Assembly: GCA_964421195.1 (NCBI GenBank)
Contig: CAYQWL010000002.1
Coordinates: forward strand, 16,801 to 70,900
Origin: an uncultured bacterium
GTDB taxonomy: Bacteria; Muiribacteriota; UBA9980
Direction: 5' to 3'
Length of the DNA: 54,100 nucleotides
In this document: one piece after another, positions 18,815 to 29,423 of the stretch
How positions within the stretch are numbered: position 1 is the stretch's first letter
Layout of the letters: each line of letters begins with the position of its first letter
The notes under the pieces: generated by a model
Seen by the model: only the letters and a program-made list of their open reading frames with translations
The model's database searches: none
What the model was told of the DNA's origin: nothing
Translations under genes and position numbers: made by a program

Positions 18815-20467
18815 TTAATGAGTAACTTTTATTTTAATATGCTGTCCGCCGCCTGTAATATAATTCGATACTCCCATATTTTTAAGTTTTAATTTAGACA
18901 GGTCGATATTATTAATATTTAATATGCCGCTGAAATAAGGAAGTATTTCAGAAAGCACGAGTTCGGTTTTAAACCATGACAATATCTTATATTTATTACC
19001 GGCGCGATAATCGCACGCTTCGATAAAACCCGGCGAAACGCGGACGGACGGTAAAAGATCATGGTATGTGTCTATTATGACTTTCGCCATTTCGGGCCGT
19101 GAAGTCATTACTATATAATCTCCGATTACAAAATAAGAGTTTACTATCTTTTTTTCGCCTTTTTTAACGCGCCTGGAAGCGGTTTTCACTTTAACGTCTT
19201 TATATTTATAACATTCGTTCAAACGATAATTAGTTGAATATAATTTATTTTCAACTTTTTTAAGAGCTTTTTCAAACGCCTTCATATCGTAGATCCTGGC
19301 GCCGGCCATAAAACCTTCGCCTTTCTGGAACTGCGCCGCGAAATATTCGTCGGCGGCCCACGGATATACTAAAACATCGAGGCCGGCTTTAAACTTTTTA
19401 ACGAGCCTGTCATTGAATTGTTTAATATCGAAATGTGCAATTTTAGAATTAGCGGCCTGCATTAATTCTTCAAAAGGCGGAAGTACTATATGCGCAGCGG
19501 CTACCGCATCGCACGCTTCGGGAACAAGCTTTAACGATTCAAGCTCGATGCCTTCATAATGAAGCTTTTTTAAACCCTTTGAAAAATTGATTTTCGATTT
19601 TATAACCTTCGCAACGGTTTCATTAAGTGAAATAAAAATATCGCTTTCAGCGCCGGATTCATTTAAGCTTTTTTTCATACCGATAAATTCCAGACCGTCA
19701 ATAAAATTATTAAATATTCTCATAACGGCTTCGCCTTTATTCATAAGCATAGCCGAATTCGCCGCGCCGAAAAGTTTAAGATAATCTGAAATAACGCGGC
19801 CTGAAATCCATACATAAAGGTTAGAATCTATATCGTATTTTCTTTTAATCTGCTGATAATAATATGATTTATAAAAATTTTTAGCGAAATCACGTTTAAT
19901 ATCGAGCGCCTTTGACAGGCCTTCGAGTTTATTAGACGAAATAACGATATTAGAAGTTATAAGATAAAAAAGCGGTGTTTTTATATCAGGCGAAGCCACT
20001 GAAAAAACATCGTGACCGGCTATTGAAGTTATTTTAAATCTTTTCGCCTGATAAGCATCAACGCCGCGGTCTATCAGATTTTTATACTTAGAAATATCTT
20101 TAACGGATAAAACGGTAATAAATTCGAAATCAAGCGCCACAGGATTTATTTCGCTTAAAGCAAGAAGATAGCAATTGGTTTCTTCAAATTCTTCAAATAA
20201 AGGAATACCCGATTTTTTTTCATAATTAAATATAAGCGCGCGTATATCGGGAAAAGCTTCTAAAAATCCATATCTTAAATAATTATCATAAGCTCGGGCG
20301 CCGTCCTGAGAAGCTACAAAAAACACGGACGAAGAAGGCACATACTGAAGGCAGTCTTCGATGGGAGTAAGAGCATGGGCCGATACAGCGAACGATAGCA
20401 TAAAAATAAGAACCAGAACAGTAACGGGAACTTTCATTTTAAACATTGGTAAACCATTCCTTTTCAT
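18815..20467 (-). CDS. Secreted DUF3352-like protein (paralog 2)
   Basis: Signal peptide ...AVSAHA; QYVPSSSVFF; internal LKLVPEACDA and PWAADEYFA motifs shared with the adjacent gene. The family name is from recalled motif resemblance. Confidence 0.6.
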   Translation of the reverse strand: MKRNGLPMFKMKVPVTVLVLIFMLSFAVSAHALTPIEDCLQYVPSSSVFFVASQDGARAYDNYLRYGFLEAFPDIRALIFNYEKKSGIPLFEEFEETNCYLLALSEINPVALDFEFITVLSVKDISKYKNLIDRGVDAYQAKRFKITSIAGHDVFSVASPDIKTPLFYLITSNIVISSNKLEGLSKALDIKRDFAKNFYKSYYYQQIKRKYDIDSNLYVWISGRVISDYLKLFGAANSAMLMNKGEAVMRIFNNFIDGLEFIGMKKSLNESGAESDIFISLNETVAKVIKSKINFSKGLKKLHYEGIELESLKLVPEACDAVAAAHIVLPPFEELMQAANSKIAHFDIKQFNDRLVKKFKAGLDVLVYPWAADEYFAAQFQKGEGFMAGARIYDMKAFEKALKKVENKLYSTNYRLNECYKYKDVKVKTASRRVKKGEKKIVNSYFVIGDYIVMTSRPEMAKVIIDTYHDLLPSVRVSPGFIEACDYRAGNKYKILSWFKTELVLSEILPYFSGILNINNIDLSKLKLKNMGVSNYITGGGQHIKIKVTH

Positions 20468-20602
20468 TTATTTTAACCGACATTCGAAGTTATAATTTTA
20501 CTCCGGCATCGGATAATATTATTTACCTGTAAAAACACCGGCAAAACGAGTTAAATAAAGACATAACGCATGCGCGGCCATAAAAAAAGTAAAACCTTTT
20601 AT

Positions 20603-22279
20603 TTATTTTTCATTTTTTTGAGCTTTTTCAACCCATTCGGGACTAAAAATTTTATCAATTATCGTATTATCTAAGTTTAAATTAAACCTGAACCGGAGCG
20701 CCGCGTCTTTAAAGGTAAAACCACCCGTAAAAGTTTTAACCGCCTTTAATAAATCGATCTCCTGATCTTTCAGCTTATATTCAGGTGAAATAGAAAACAT
20801 GCTCAAAATAAATTCAGACAGCAAAGCATTATTGCAATAAACCGTAAATAAAGCGGATTTAAGCAACGCCCCGCAGCCGGAAACAAAATTTTCCGCCGCG
20901 GCAAGCGATTTTTCATTTTTAGTAACGGAAGCAATCAAAGGCATAAGCGCATCTTTTGATGAAGCGAATATTAAAAAATCATTTACATAAGCTATGGTGA
21001 GGCCAAATTCAGGCATAATATTATTCGGAGTCGGAACCGGCGAAAAGAAATAATTAACCCCCGCAATCGAATCTTTCCGGAGCTCTTCGAGTTTAAACGC
21101 AGGAAGCATCCGCTGCATACATTTTTCGCAGGCCGCTTTATCTCTGGATTTTATACCGAAATAAATACGAGGCGCGGGAAGCACCGGAAGCGGCAGCGCT
21201 TTATAATTGGAAAAAGCCACAAAAAACTCTTCAGCAAGCCAGGGCATAATATCTTTTTCAAAATCAACGCCGAGATTTTCATTAATTTGTTTTTTAACTT
21301 CTTTAAGGCCGTCGTCTTCGGCGATCAATTTCGGATCCAGATGAAACCTTCCGCCCGAATAAAGCATCGTATCGCCATCAAGCATGGCGGGCGCCTTCAA
21401 TTCATCGCCTTCAAAGGTAAAATATTTCGTGAATGCGTTATTTTTATTATTTTTATCGGTAATAATCGCGCCGGCAAGCGTAACTCCGGCGGTATCGAAA
21501 TTAAGTGAAAAACATACGCTTTTAACGTAATCGAGATCGGGCAGAAGGCTTTCTTCGGCCGCGTATTTTTGAACGAACGGCCCCGCCGTATAAAAATAAA
21601 ACGGTACGCCGGGGGATAAAACCGCAAGCGCATTTTTGTAATCCGGCATATCACCCAGCGCTTTTTTTTCATCTTTTAATACTTCGAGCGTCTTCAATAT
21701 ATTACGTAAAGCGGCATCCGCGCCAAAAGCGCCTATCAAAAGATCGTCCCTGACTATAAAAGCAAAATATTCCGACTTATCTTTTTTTTCGACTATTTCA
21801 ATCTCTATGGAACCTTTACGAGCCAGAAGGCGATACTCGTTATCCGCCGAATTCTTCGATACAGCTGCTTTAAAATTCTGCAAATTAATCATAAAAGCGT
21901 TTTTATCCGCCATTTTTATAATTAATGCGACCGACGGCCCGCCCGCCTGCTTCGCCGCGCCCGCGTCAGCGTCGTAAAAAACGGCGGCAACACCGGCTAT
22001 GGTAGCAAGAAATTTAGGATCGCTAAATTCAAAACCCATTTTCTCGCTGAGCGCGGCGGTCATTTTTTTATCGTCGAGCGACGCGATACGATTAAAAAAA
22101 TTAACGCATTTTAAATAAAAATCATCTTTAACGTAATCGATAAACAAAACCGCCGAAGCATCTGACGGCACGGCTTTTTCAAGCTCATACGCGAAAACTG
22201 AACCGTAATATAAGAATAAACCCGCCGCCATCACGGCGAACAAAAATAAAAAGAACGCCGATTTTCTTTTAATATTCAT
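20603..22279 (-). CDS. Secreted/membrane-anchored DUF3352-like protein (paralog 1)
   Basis: N-terminal hydrophobic segment; KAVPSDASAVLF; IMPWLAEEFFVA; DFLIFASS. Confidence 0.65.
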   Translation of the reverse strand: MNIKRKSAFFLFLFAVMAAGLFLYYGSVFAYELEKAVPSDASAVLFIDYVKDDFYLKCVNFFNRIASLDDKKMTAALSEKMGFEFSDPKFLATIAGVAAVFYDADAGAAKQAGGPSVALIIKMADKNAFMINLQNFKAAVSKNSADNEYRLLARKGSIEIEIVEKKDKSEYFAFIVRDDLLIGAFGADAALRNILKTLEVLKDEKKALGDMPDYKNALAVLSPGVPFYFYTAGPFVQKYAAEESLLPDLDYVKSVCFSLNFDTAGVTLAGAIITDKNNKNNAFTKYFTFEGDELKAPAMLDGDTMLYSGGRFHLDPKLIAEDDGLKEVKKQINENLGVDFEKDIMPWLAEEFFVAFSNYKALPLPVLPAPRIYFGIKSRDKAACEKCMQRMLPAFKLEELRKDSIAGVNYFFSPVPTPNNIMPEFGLTIAYVNDFLIFASSKDALMPLIASVTKNEKSLAAAENFVSGCGALLKSALFTVYCNNALLSEFILSMFSISPEYKLKDQEIDLLKAVKTFTGGFTFKDAALRFRFNLNLDNTIIDKIFSPEWVEKAQKNEK

Positions 22280-22315
22280 TTTTCACCCATCCCTTAAACC
22301 CGCCGCCCGCAATGA

Positions 22316-23428
22316 TTACACTATGGTATTTTCATCTTCGGTATCACATTCAAATAAATGCAGCTTATCGGTAATAACGCGGACCTTTATCTTATCGCCT
22401 TCCTGCACTCCGCAGCCCGATTCGAATTTAGCCACGGCATTATCGTCGCCGATCTTAAAATGAACGCAGCGTTCACTGCCAAGCAATTCTACAAGCTCGG
22501 CATTGATCTCTATTAAATTATCCGCAGCTGAAGAATCTTTATAAAGTTCAAAACATTCCGGACGGACACCGAGCGTCATTTTTTTATCGTTATATTTAGA
22601 TAATTTAGAGCCTTTATCGTTATATTTAATTTTAAATTCTCCATTAAGGCCGCATATATCAAAATTTTGACCGCCAGCGTTTTTAATCGTGCATTTAATA
22701 AAATTCATGGCGGGCGAACCAATAAAACCGGCGACAAATTTATTGGCCGGATGATCATAAACTTTTTGCGGCTCATCGGCCTGCTGAACGCGGCCTTTAT
22801 TGAATATAGCTATGCGGTCGCCCATCGTCATAGCCTCGGTCTGATCATGAGTTACATATATCGTTGTAGAATCGAGACGTTTATGCAATTTTCGAATCTC
22901 GGCCCGCATCGATACGCGCAATTTAGCGTCAAGGTTCGAAAGCGGTTCGTCCATTAAAAACACCTTGGGATCACGCACTATAGCTCGTCCAAGGGCCACG
23001 CGCTGACGCTGGCCGCCGGAAAGCTGCTTGGGCTTTTTTTCGAGATACGAAGTCAAATCGAGTATTTTCGCGGCATTTTCAACGCGTTTTTTAATTTCAT
23101 CTTTAGCGAAATTCCTGAGAGTAAGGCCGAAAGCCATGTTATCGAATATATTCATGTGCGGATACAGCGCGTAATTTTGAAACACCATCGCTATGTCGCG
23201 GTCCTTCGGTTGAAGATCATTCACGAGAGTTTCGCCGATAAATATTTTTCCTTCAGTTATTTCCTCGAGTCCGGCGATCATTCTTAAAGTGGTGGTTTTA
23301 CCGCAGCCCGACGGGCCTACCATTACTAAAAACTCTTTGTCCTTAATATGCAGATCGGTGGGAAATATAGTATATTCGGCATTACCTTCATACTTTTTAG
23401 TCACCTGCTGCAATATAACTTGAGCCAT
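22316..23428 (-). CDS. ugpC: CUT1 sugar/glycerol-3-phosphate ABC ATPase (MalK/UgpC/MsmX family)
   Basis: Walker A GPSGCGKT, signature LSGGQ, Walker B FLMDEP, YVTHDQ, C-terminal TOBE-like region. Start set at ATG 23428 (AAGGGTG upstream); the track gives 23437. Confidence 0.93.
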   Translation of the reverse strand: MAQVILQQVTKKYEGNAEYTIFPTDLHIKDKEFLVMVGPSGCGKTTTLRMIAGLEEITEGKIFIGETLVNDLQPKDRDIAMVFQNYALYPHMNIFDNMAFGLTLRNFAKDEIKKRVENAAKILDLTSYLEKKPKQLSGGQRQRVALGRAIVRDPKVFLMDEPLSNLDAKLRVSMRAEIRKLHKRLDSTTIYVTHDQTEAMTMGDRIAIFNKGRVQQADEPQKVYDHPANKFVAGFIGSPAMNFIKCTIKNAGGQNFDICGLNGEFKIKYNDKGSKLSKYNDKKMTLGVRPECFELYKDSSAADNLIEINAELVELLGSERCVHFKIGDDNAVAKFESGCGVQEGDKIKVRVITDKLHLFECDTEDENTIV

Positions 23429-23487
23429 GCAATTCACCCTTTCGTCATGCTTTATTTATTAACGCGTACTTTTAAATTTTATGGTTG

Positions 23488-23516
23488 ATTATATATCATT
23501 TTTTTCGATATGTCAA
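23488..23516 (-). promoter_or_regulatory. Consensus sigma-70 promoter for the ABC ATPase operon
   Basis: Minus strand TTGACA-N17-TATAAT, a perfect match. Confidence 0.75.
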
Positions 23517-23695
23517 ATTTAATTCAACCAATTAATCACGAATTATTTTATTTTTCTAAAATTTATTCTCCAGTTGTTTATTATCATAAAAAAAAATGAT
23601 AAAATATAGCCGATAATAAAAACTTAAAAATTATAATCATCGAATAGACTATCAAAAATCTTTTATACAGATATAAATATAATAACCGCAACGGA

Positions 23696-24424
23696 GTGAT
23701 AAATTTAGTCATGAAAATTAAATTCAAAGGATTTTCGACGAAAGCATTCAAATTTTTAAATGAACTTAAAAATAATAATAATAAAGAATGGTTTGAAAAC
23801 AACCGTGAAACTTATCAGGCGGAATTAGTAACGCCGATGCGTTCTTTAGTATGTGATATTAGCGAATTCATGCTGGCGCTTGATTATAATCTCGATGTTA
23901 CCCCGGCCATAGGTAAAACTATATCGAGAATTTACAAAGACGCAAGACGCCTGCGGGGCGGACCCCCATATAAAAAAAGTATGTGGATCGCCTTCAAGAG
24001 GCCATTCGAAGAATGGAAAGAATCGCCGGCTTTTTATATAGAATTAAACGCCGGTTACTATGAATATGGCATGGGATTTTACAGCGCGCCGCGCGACATG
24101 ATGGATCTTATGCGGCGCGACATAATAAACGGCGCGCCTGATTTTTTCGAAGCAATCGACTTTTATAAAACCGAAAAAAAATTCAAACTCAACGGTGATT
24201 ATTATAAAAAAATAAAAGCGGATAAAATTCCAGATTATATTTTTGAATGGTACCGTAAAAAAAGTTTTTATCTTTCAATCGAAAGGCCCGTGGATAAAAT
24301 TATAACCTCGCCCGGATTTACCGATGCACTGATGAACGATTTCGCTCGATTAGCGCCGCTTTATCATTACTTATGGAAGTTAAAATTAAAAGCGCGTAAC
24401 CCGGAAAAAAGCAGCAATCAATAA
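23696..24424 (+). CDS. DUF2461 family protein
   Basis: FKFLNELKNNNNKEWFENNRETY, SRIYKDARR...PYK, YGMGFY. Confidence 0.85.
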   Translation: MINLVMKIKFKGFSTKAFKFLNELKNNNNKEWFENNRETYQAELVTPMRSLVCDISEFMLALDYNLDVTPAIGKTISRIYKDARRLRGGPPYKKSMWIAFKRPFEEWKESPAFYIELNAGYYEYGMGFYSAPRDMMDLMRRDIINGAPDFFEAIDFYKTEKKFKLNGDYYKKIKADKIPDYIFEWYRKKSFYLSIERPVDKIITSPGFTDALMNDFARLAPLYHYLWKLKLKARNPEKSSNQ

Positions 24425-24533
24425 AAACATAAAAATTGAATTAAGACATAATCCGGATAAATAAAATAAATAAGAATAATACTTAACTAAACTAAATTAT
24501 AAAACACAAAGCCGGACCGGCAAAAAATCAATA

Positions 24534-25964
24534 TTAATGCTGAGTTTTATGCATTTTCCCGCGGGCAAGCGAACAAAATATTCCCGCCGCGCAAAGCCCC
24601 GCGAAAATAATAAAAGCGGCCTTCATACCGCATAAAAAATCTCCGTAATTAGACGACGTTATTTTTTGCCGTCCGACATATAAAGCTATAATCATGCTCG
24701 AAATACCCATGCTCAAAGCCTGCCCGACAATTCTCATGGTTGACAGCACGCCGGACGCCACTCCATAATACCGGCTTTCGACCGAACTCATAACCGCATT
24801 TATATTAGGCGACGAAAATAAAGCAAAACCGAATCCTATCATCAATAAATTTGCTATTATATAAACCGTCGGCGTAGAAGCCGTCAGAGGAATAAAAAAA
24901 ACAAGCCCCACGCCCGTAAGCGCCATTCCGGACGAAGCAAGAACGGCAGGCTCTATTTTTTCAGAAAGCCTTCCCACTAAAGGCGAAAAAACCGCCATCA
25001 TCAAAGGCTGCGCTATAAGCACCGCTCCGGCTTCCCGCGGAGTCATTCCTTTATTATATTGAAGATAAAGGCTTAAAAGAAAAGTAAGTCCGAAAGTGGC
25101 GCTATAATGAATAAGCGCCGCAAGATTGGAGAGCGTAAAAGCCCTGCTCGTTTTAAATAAATTTACGTTCAGCAGAGGGGCCGCGCTGATAGATTCGTGC
25201 CTGAAAAAAAATATAAAAAACGCAAATGAAATCAGAACCATATAAATACCCGCGGCCTCCGGAAAACGAATAAAACCGTATAATGCGAATGCGGATGCGC
25301 ATATATAAGCGCCGGAGCCGAAATAATCGTACTTTTCGTTGCAATGACAGCCGGCGGCGGAATCCGGCCGAACCCGGAAATAAGTCAATAACGCGGCATA
25401 AACGCTTACCGCCGCTGAAAACCAGAATATAACCCGCCAGCCTGAATATTGCGTAATAATTCCGCCGATAAACGGCCCTGCCGAAAGTCCGGTATAAGTA
25501 GAAGCCACGGTCAAACCGAGCGCGCGGCCGCGGCCTTTTCCGGGATAAGCCGAAACGAGAATAGCCATCGAAGTCGAAAAAATCATAGCCGATCCGGCTC
25601 CCTGCAAAGCTCTGGCGACTATAAGCATAAACGCGGAAGAACTTATAGCGCATAATAAACTTGCGGCGGAAAATATGCTCATACCGATTAAGTATAATTT
25701 TCTACGGCCGTACACGTCCGCAAAACCGCCAGAAGGAAGCGTGAACACGGCGGAAACCAGCAGATAAGAAGCCGCGACCCAGCTTATCAGGACGGCATCC
25801 GCGGAAAATTCCGAAGCTATAACTGGAAGCGCTACGTTTACCGCCGACGCTACAAACGGATTGATGAAAGCCGTCGAAACGGCCATTAAAAGAACGGCGC
25901 GTCCATAACTTTCATCGCAAAAACTATCCGCGTCCGTTTGAACACAGCCATCCGTAACGTTCAT
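24534..25964 (-). CDS. MFS transporter, DHA2 (EmrB/QacA-like, 14 TMS)
   Basis: VNVALPVIA, motif A GFADVYGRR, ARALQGAG, antiporter motif GPFIGG, many TM helices. Confidence 0.93.
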   Translation of the reverse strand: MNVTDGCVQTDADSFCDESYGRAVLLMAVSTAFINPFVASAVNVALPVIASEFSADAVLISWVAASYLLVSAVFTLPSGGFADVYGRRKLYLIGMSIFSAASLLCAISSSAFMLIVARALQGAGSAMIFSTSMAILVSAYPGKGRGRALGLTVASTYTGLSAGPFIGGIITQYSGWRVIFWFSAAVSVYAALLTYFRVRPDSAAGCHCNEKYDYFGSGAYICASAFALYGFIRFPEAAGIYMVLISFAFFIFFFRHESISAAPLLNVNLFKTSRAFTLSNLAALIHYSATFGLTFLLSLYLQYNKGMTPREAGAVLIAQPLMMAVFSPLVGRLSEKIEPAVLASSGMALTGVGLVFFIPLTASTPTVYIIANLLMIGFGFALFSSPNINAVMSSVESRYYGVASGVLSTMRIVGQALSMGISSMIIALYVGRQKITSSNYGDFLCGMKAAFIIFAGLCAAGIFCSLARGKMHKTQH

Positions 25965-26119
25965 AATCGTAAACCTTTCTATTAAAAGCCATTAATCTAT
26001 AATCTATACAAGAGGTCGGGGTAAAGTATTTTATCAAAAATTAAAAGAAAAAAAAAGATTTTTTTATAAATAGTTTTATGTTATAATTAGATAACTTTAA
26101 TAAACTACGGAGGCTGACA

Positions 26120-26602
26120 ATGGCATCATCATTAAATAAAGTACAATTAATCGGGCGTCTCGGCAAAGACCCCGAAGTGCGTTCCACGCCGACCGGGCGT
26201 ACTGTAACCACCATAACGCTCGCCACTTCTGAAACTTTCGGTAAAGACGCGGATCGAAAAGAAAAAACCGAATGGCATAAAATAATTTTATGGGATAAAT
26301 TAGGGCAGATTGCCGGCAATTATCTGCGCAAGGGCAGGCAGGTATATATCGAAGGGCGCATAACCTACCGCGACTATATGGATCGCGACAATAACAAACG
26401 CTACGTAACGGAAATCGTCGCAACCACGATGGTATTCCTCGGCTCTAAAGACGAATCGGCCGGCGGCAAAAGCAACGCTTACGGCGCCGACCCCGGCTCC
26501 GAATACGCCGCCGAACCAGCCGCCGATTTTTCAATGCAGGATATCGATAAATATGCCGCATCCATGCAGGTCCCCGGCGGCGATGACGAGGTGCCGTTTT
26601 AA
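26120..26602 (+). CDS. ssb: Single-stranded DNA-binding protein
   Basis: NKVQLIGRLGKDPE, TEWH, KGRQVYIEGRI, acidic tip DDEVPF; GGAGG SD. Confidence 0.98.
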   Translation: MASSLNKVQLIGRLGKDPEVRSTPTGRTVTTITLATSETFGKDADRKEKTEWHKIILWDKLGQIAGNYLRKGRQVYIEGRITYRDYMDRDNNKRYVTEIVATTMVFLGSKDESAGGKSNAYGADPGSEYAAEPAADFSMQDIDKYAASMQVPGGDDEVPF

Positions 26603-26604
26603 AA

Positions 26605-27066
26605 ATGCCCCTGCGTTCGATCGAAGACATAGAAAATCAAATAGAGCAGGAAATAATCTCCGGCGCAAACGAACGATATAAAGACGAAGACGACCGCGAA
26701 TACATACTGGTTTTTGACGCTAAAAATTCGATAGCCGCTGAAATGGCGGCGGGCCTTCTTGCCGATAATCATATCGAAACTCTTAAAAAATCGAACGACG
26801 CGCGCGGCGTTTTCGGCGTCGCCATGTTTCCGCCCGCATTATATGTTCCCGCCGAAGATTTTGAACGCGCCTTCGATATACTTTCCGAATGCGGATTCTT
26901 CGACGAACCGGGCGCGGACGAAAACGAACCGGGCGGCGGCGAAGCCGGATCTTTCGAAAGCAATCCCAATAACGGCCCTGACGCGAACGAACAGGATGAT
27001 AACGGCGAAACCGTTATCGAAGAAACCGGAACCGGCGGTGATAATAACGATTCCGATAAGATATAA
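26605..27066 (+). CDS. DUF2007-like (putative signal-transducing) protein with acidic tail
   Basis: A..AAGLLADNHIET...LYVPAEDFERAFDIL pattern followed by a D/E/G/N-rich tail; 2 nt after the ssb stop. Confidence 0.65.
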   Translation: MPLRSIEDIENQIEQEIISGANERYKDEDDREYILVFDAKNSIAAEMAAGLLADNHIETLKKSNDARGVFGVAMFPPALYVPAEDFERAFDILSECGFFDEPGADENEPGGGEAGSFESNPNNGPDANEQDDNGETVIEETGTGGDNNDSDKI

Positions 27067-29275
27067 AATAATCATCCCGCATGTCCGGGCATATTCAAAC
27101 GTTGCCGCCTTCAATCATTACGACAGGGCTCGCATAATAAAAAAACAGCCGTTTAAAACAGCCGTTTCTTTTTTTATTTTCATTTTATTTTTTATGCCGG
27201 CATCGATTCTATTCACTTTAACGTCCGGCGGAATATCGGGATTCAGCCCCGCCCGCCGGGCCTTAGCCTCGCCGTTAACTGAAAATACCCGTACGCTCGA
27301 AGTAAAACTCAAATATAAAACGATTAACGAAATAAACGTTTCCTCGGCTTTCGGTGAACAGGATTCGAGACAGCGCGATGCATCGCTATTTAGCATTCAT
27401 AGAAATAACCACATCATAAACGATTTTTTAATTCATTCCAGCGCGGCGGTTATAGCGGGCGACTTCGGCGTACGGCTTTTATACGGCCCCGATACCGGAT
27501 CATACGGCGAATGGCCCGATCAGAATGACGCAAACCACAAAACTAAAACCGAAATGATTAAATACCTTAATTCATTTAAAGCGCTTTCCGATAATTCCTT
27601 TTTCGGCGCCGAAGCAAATGCGGTAGAATTTGACGGAGAACATTTTTATTTCGGCACGAAAGGCGGCGATATTATAGAAGCCGGCCCGATATCGGTCAGG
27701 CATATTTCTATAATCAGCGCGGCGGGACGTTACCGTATTAATAAATTAAAGTACCGCCGTAAAATCTTATTAATTCTTACCGAAGGCGGCGGCGTTTATA
27801 CTTTTTATAAAAATAGATTTTTTAAAATCAGCAGCCGTTCTCACCGGCTTACATCGGACGACATAAACGACATCGAAATATTCGATATTCACGGAATAAC
27901 ATATGCCGCCATAGCCGCTTCTAACGGCGCCACAATACTCAGGGTGAATGGATTCCACGATAACGACTTCGAATACGTTTATTCGTATAAAACGCCGTCG
28001 CCCATAGAAACGATCGCCTTCGCGAACGGCGTTTTATATACAGGCGGCGCTTTTGGAATAGACAGAATCGAACCCGACCGGTCAACTTTTATTAAAAGCT
28101 CTGTTTTAAAAGATGTTTACATTACCTCGATCGTCAGAAACCTAAATAATAGCGACGCTTTAACAGCGTCTTCTTATTCATCCGGAATTTACCGGTTCAG
28201 CCGCTCGATCGCCCCCATTAAAATTATTCCACAATCCAGATTACAACCGGCCGGAATCGAAAGCGGAATAAAAAAAATTATACCCGCCGCCGAAAGTATT
28301 TTCATACTTTCGAATAAAAATCTTTATGAATATAAAAACGGCCGTCTATTAGCCGCCGCCGAAAGTTCAAACGGATTTTCAGATAAAATCACGGCGGTTT
28401 GCGAATATCAAAATTATTTGTTCTGCGCTACGTTCAATGGCGGCGTTTTCATTTACGACGAAGGCCGTATAAACGGTTTTGAAGCTTTTTATAACCAGAA
28501 ACTCAGCGGAGCGCGAGTCAACGCGCTCGAGGCTTTTAATAATTATTTACTTATTGGATCTACTAATGGTTTAGACATACTGGATGGCGCGCGCCGTACG
28601 CTTATAAATTTAAAAAAACCGCTTTCAAACGACAGAATTAATGCCATACACGTTAAAAACGGCAGAGCCTTCATCGGCACTTCTTCGGGAATATCGGTCC
28701 TGCATGACGATTTAAGCGTTGAAAACATCGATTTAAATCCTGAAACAATCGATAAAAGAGTTTATTGTCTTTATTATGACGAACCTTCATCGACGATATA
28801 TTTTGGCACTTACCGCGGCTTCGGCGAAATGCATTATCCATCGAGACGTTTAAAAACTTATTTTACAATAAATTCCGCAATCGCCGATAACTGGATAACA
28901 TCGATCGCCGATTACGGCCCGGACCGCCTGCTTGTCGCCACTTATGACCGCGCCATTTCTATTTTCGATAAACACGAAAAAAAATTCGGGCCATTCGGGA
29001 CGCGAAACACGCTGCCGTCAAAAATGATAAACGCCAACGCCTTATTCGATTATAAAAATTATATCTTCGCCGGAACCTATAACGGCGGATTGGCTTTAAT
29101 AAATAAAACACTCGCCAATAAAGGTAAAAGCGGCTCGCTCCATTTCAATACGCGCAATGGGCTTTGCTCAAACATGGTAACTTCGTTCGCTTCTTACAAA
29201 GATCGAATCGCAATAGCCACTTTTGGCGGATTAGCTTTTATAAAAATAAAAGATATCATTCGCGCTTTCGAATAA
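26996..29275 (+). CDS. Large secreted beta-propeller protein (two-component regulator propeller-like repeats); start uncertain
   Basis: Repeats such as SDDINDI, NDRINAI, DNWITSI, SNMVTSF, each followed by hydrophobic-[AG]T-x-x-G. The track start at 26759 overlaps the upstream gene by about 300 nt; in-frame ATGs are at 26996 and 27194. Confidence 0.7.
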   Translation: MITAKPLSKKPEPAVIITIPIRYKIIIPHVRAYSNVAAFNHYDRARIIKKQPFKTAVSFFIFILFFMPASILFTLTSGGISGFSPARRALASPLTENTRTLEVKLKYKTINEINVSSAFGEQDSRQRDASLFSIHRNNHIINDFLIHSSAAVIAGDFGVRLLYGPDTGSYGEWPDQNDANHKTKTEMIKYLNSFKALSDNSFFGAEANAVEFDGEHFYFGTKGGDIIEAGPISVRHISIISAAGRYRINKLKYRRKILLILTEGGGVYTFYKNRFFKISSRSHRLTSDDINDIEIFDIHGITYAAIAASNGATILRVNGFHDNDFEYVYSYKTPSPIETIAFANGVLYTGGAFGIDRIEPDRSTFIKSSVLKDVYITSIVRNLNNSDALTASSYSSGIYRFSRSIAPIKIIPQSRLQPAGIESGIKKIIPAAESIFILSNKNLYEYKNGRLLAAAESSNGFSDKITAVCEYQNYLFCATFNGGVFIYDEGRINGFEAFYNQKLSGARVNALEAFNNYLLIGSTNGLDILDGARRTLINLKKPLSNDRINAIHVKNGRAFIGTSSGISVLHDDLSVENIDLNPETIDKRVYCLYYDEPSSTIYFGTYRGFGEMHYPSRRLKTYFTINSAIADNWITSIADYGPDRLLVATYDRAISIFDKHEKKFGPFGTRNTLPSKMINANALFDYKNYIFAGTYNGGLALINKTLANKGKSGSLHFNTRNGLCSNMVTSFASYKDRIAIATFGGLAFIKIKDIIRAFE

Positions 29276-29343
29276 ATTATTAAACGGTTTCAACAAAAAA
29301 TAATTTATAATATAACAAAAATTAATTAAAATTTAAAAACAAT

Positions 29344-29372
29344 TTGACTATAAAAAATTAAACTGGTATAAT
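29344..29372 (+). promoter_or_regulatory. Sigma-70 promoter of the riboswitch-pruA operon
   Basis: TTGACT-N17-TATAAT with extended -10 TG (29364-29365). Confidence 0.75.
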
Positions 29373-29423
29373 ACATTAAAAAAAAGCGGATGCTTCCGGC
29401 TTCCGCTGCATATTTTCTTCGAC

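Noticed and set aside
23587-23616. Second sigma-28-like site (GCCGATAA at 23609-23616)
   Set aside because: TAAA is at an 18-nt rather than 15-nt spacing and the region is an A-run; too weak to call.
26759-26995. Track start of the 838-aa propeller ORF
   Set aside because: It overlaps most of the DUF2007-like gene in another frame and the translation looks like shadow sequence.
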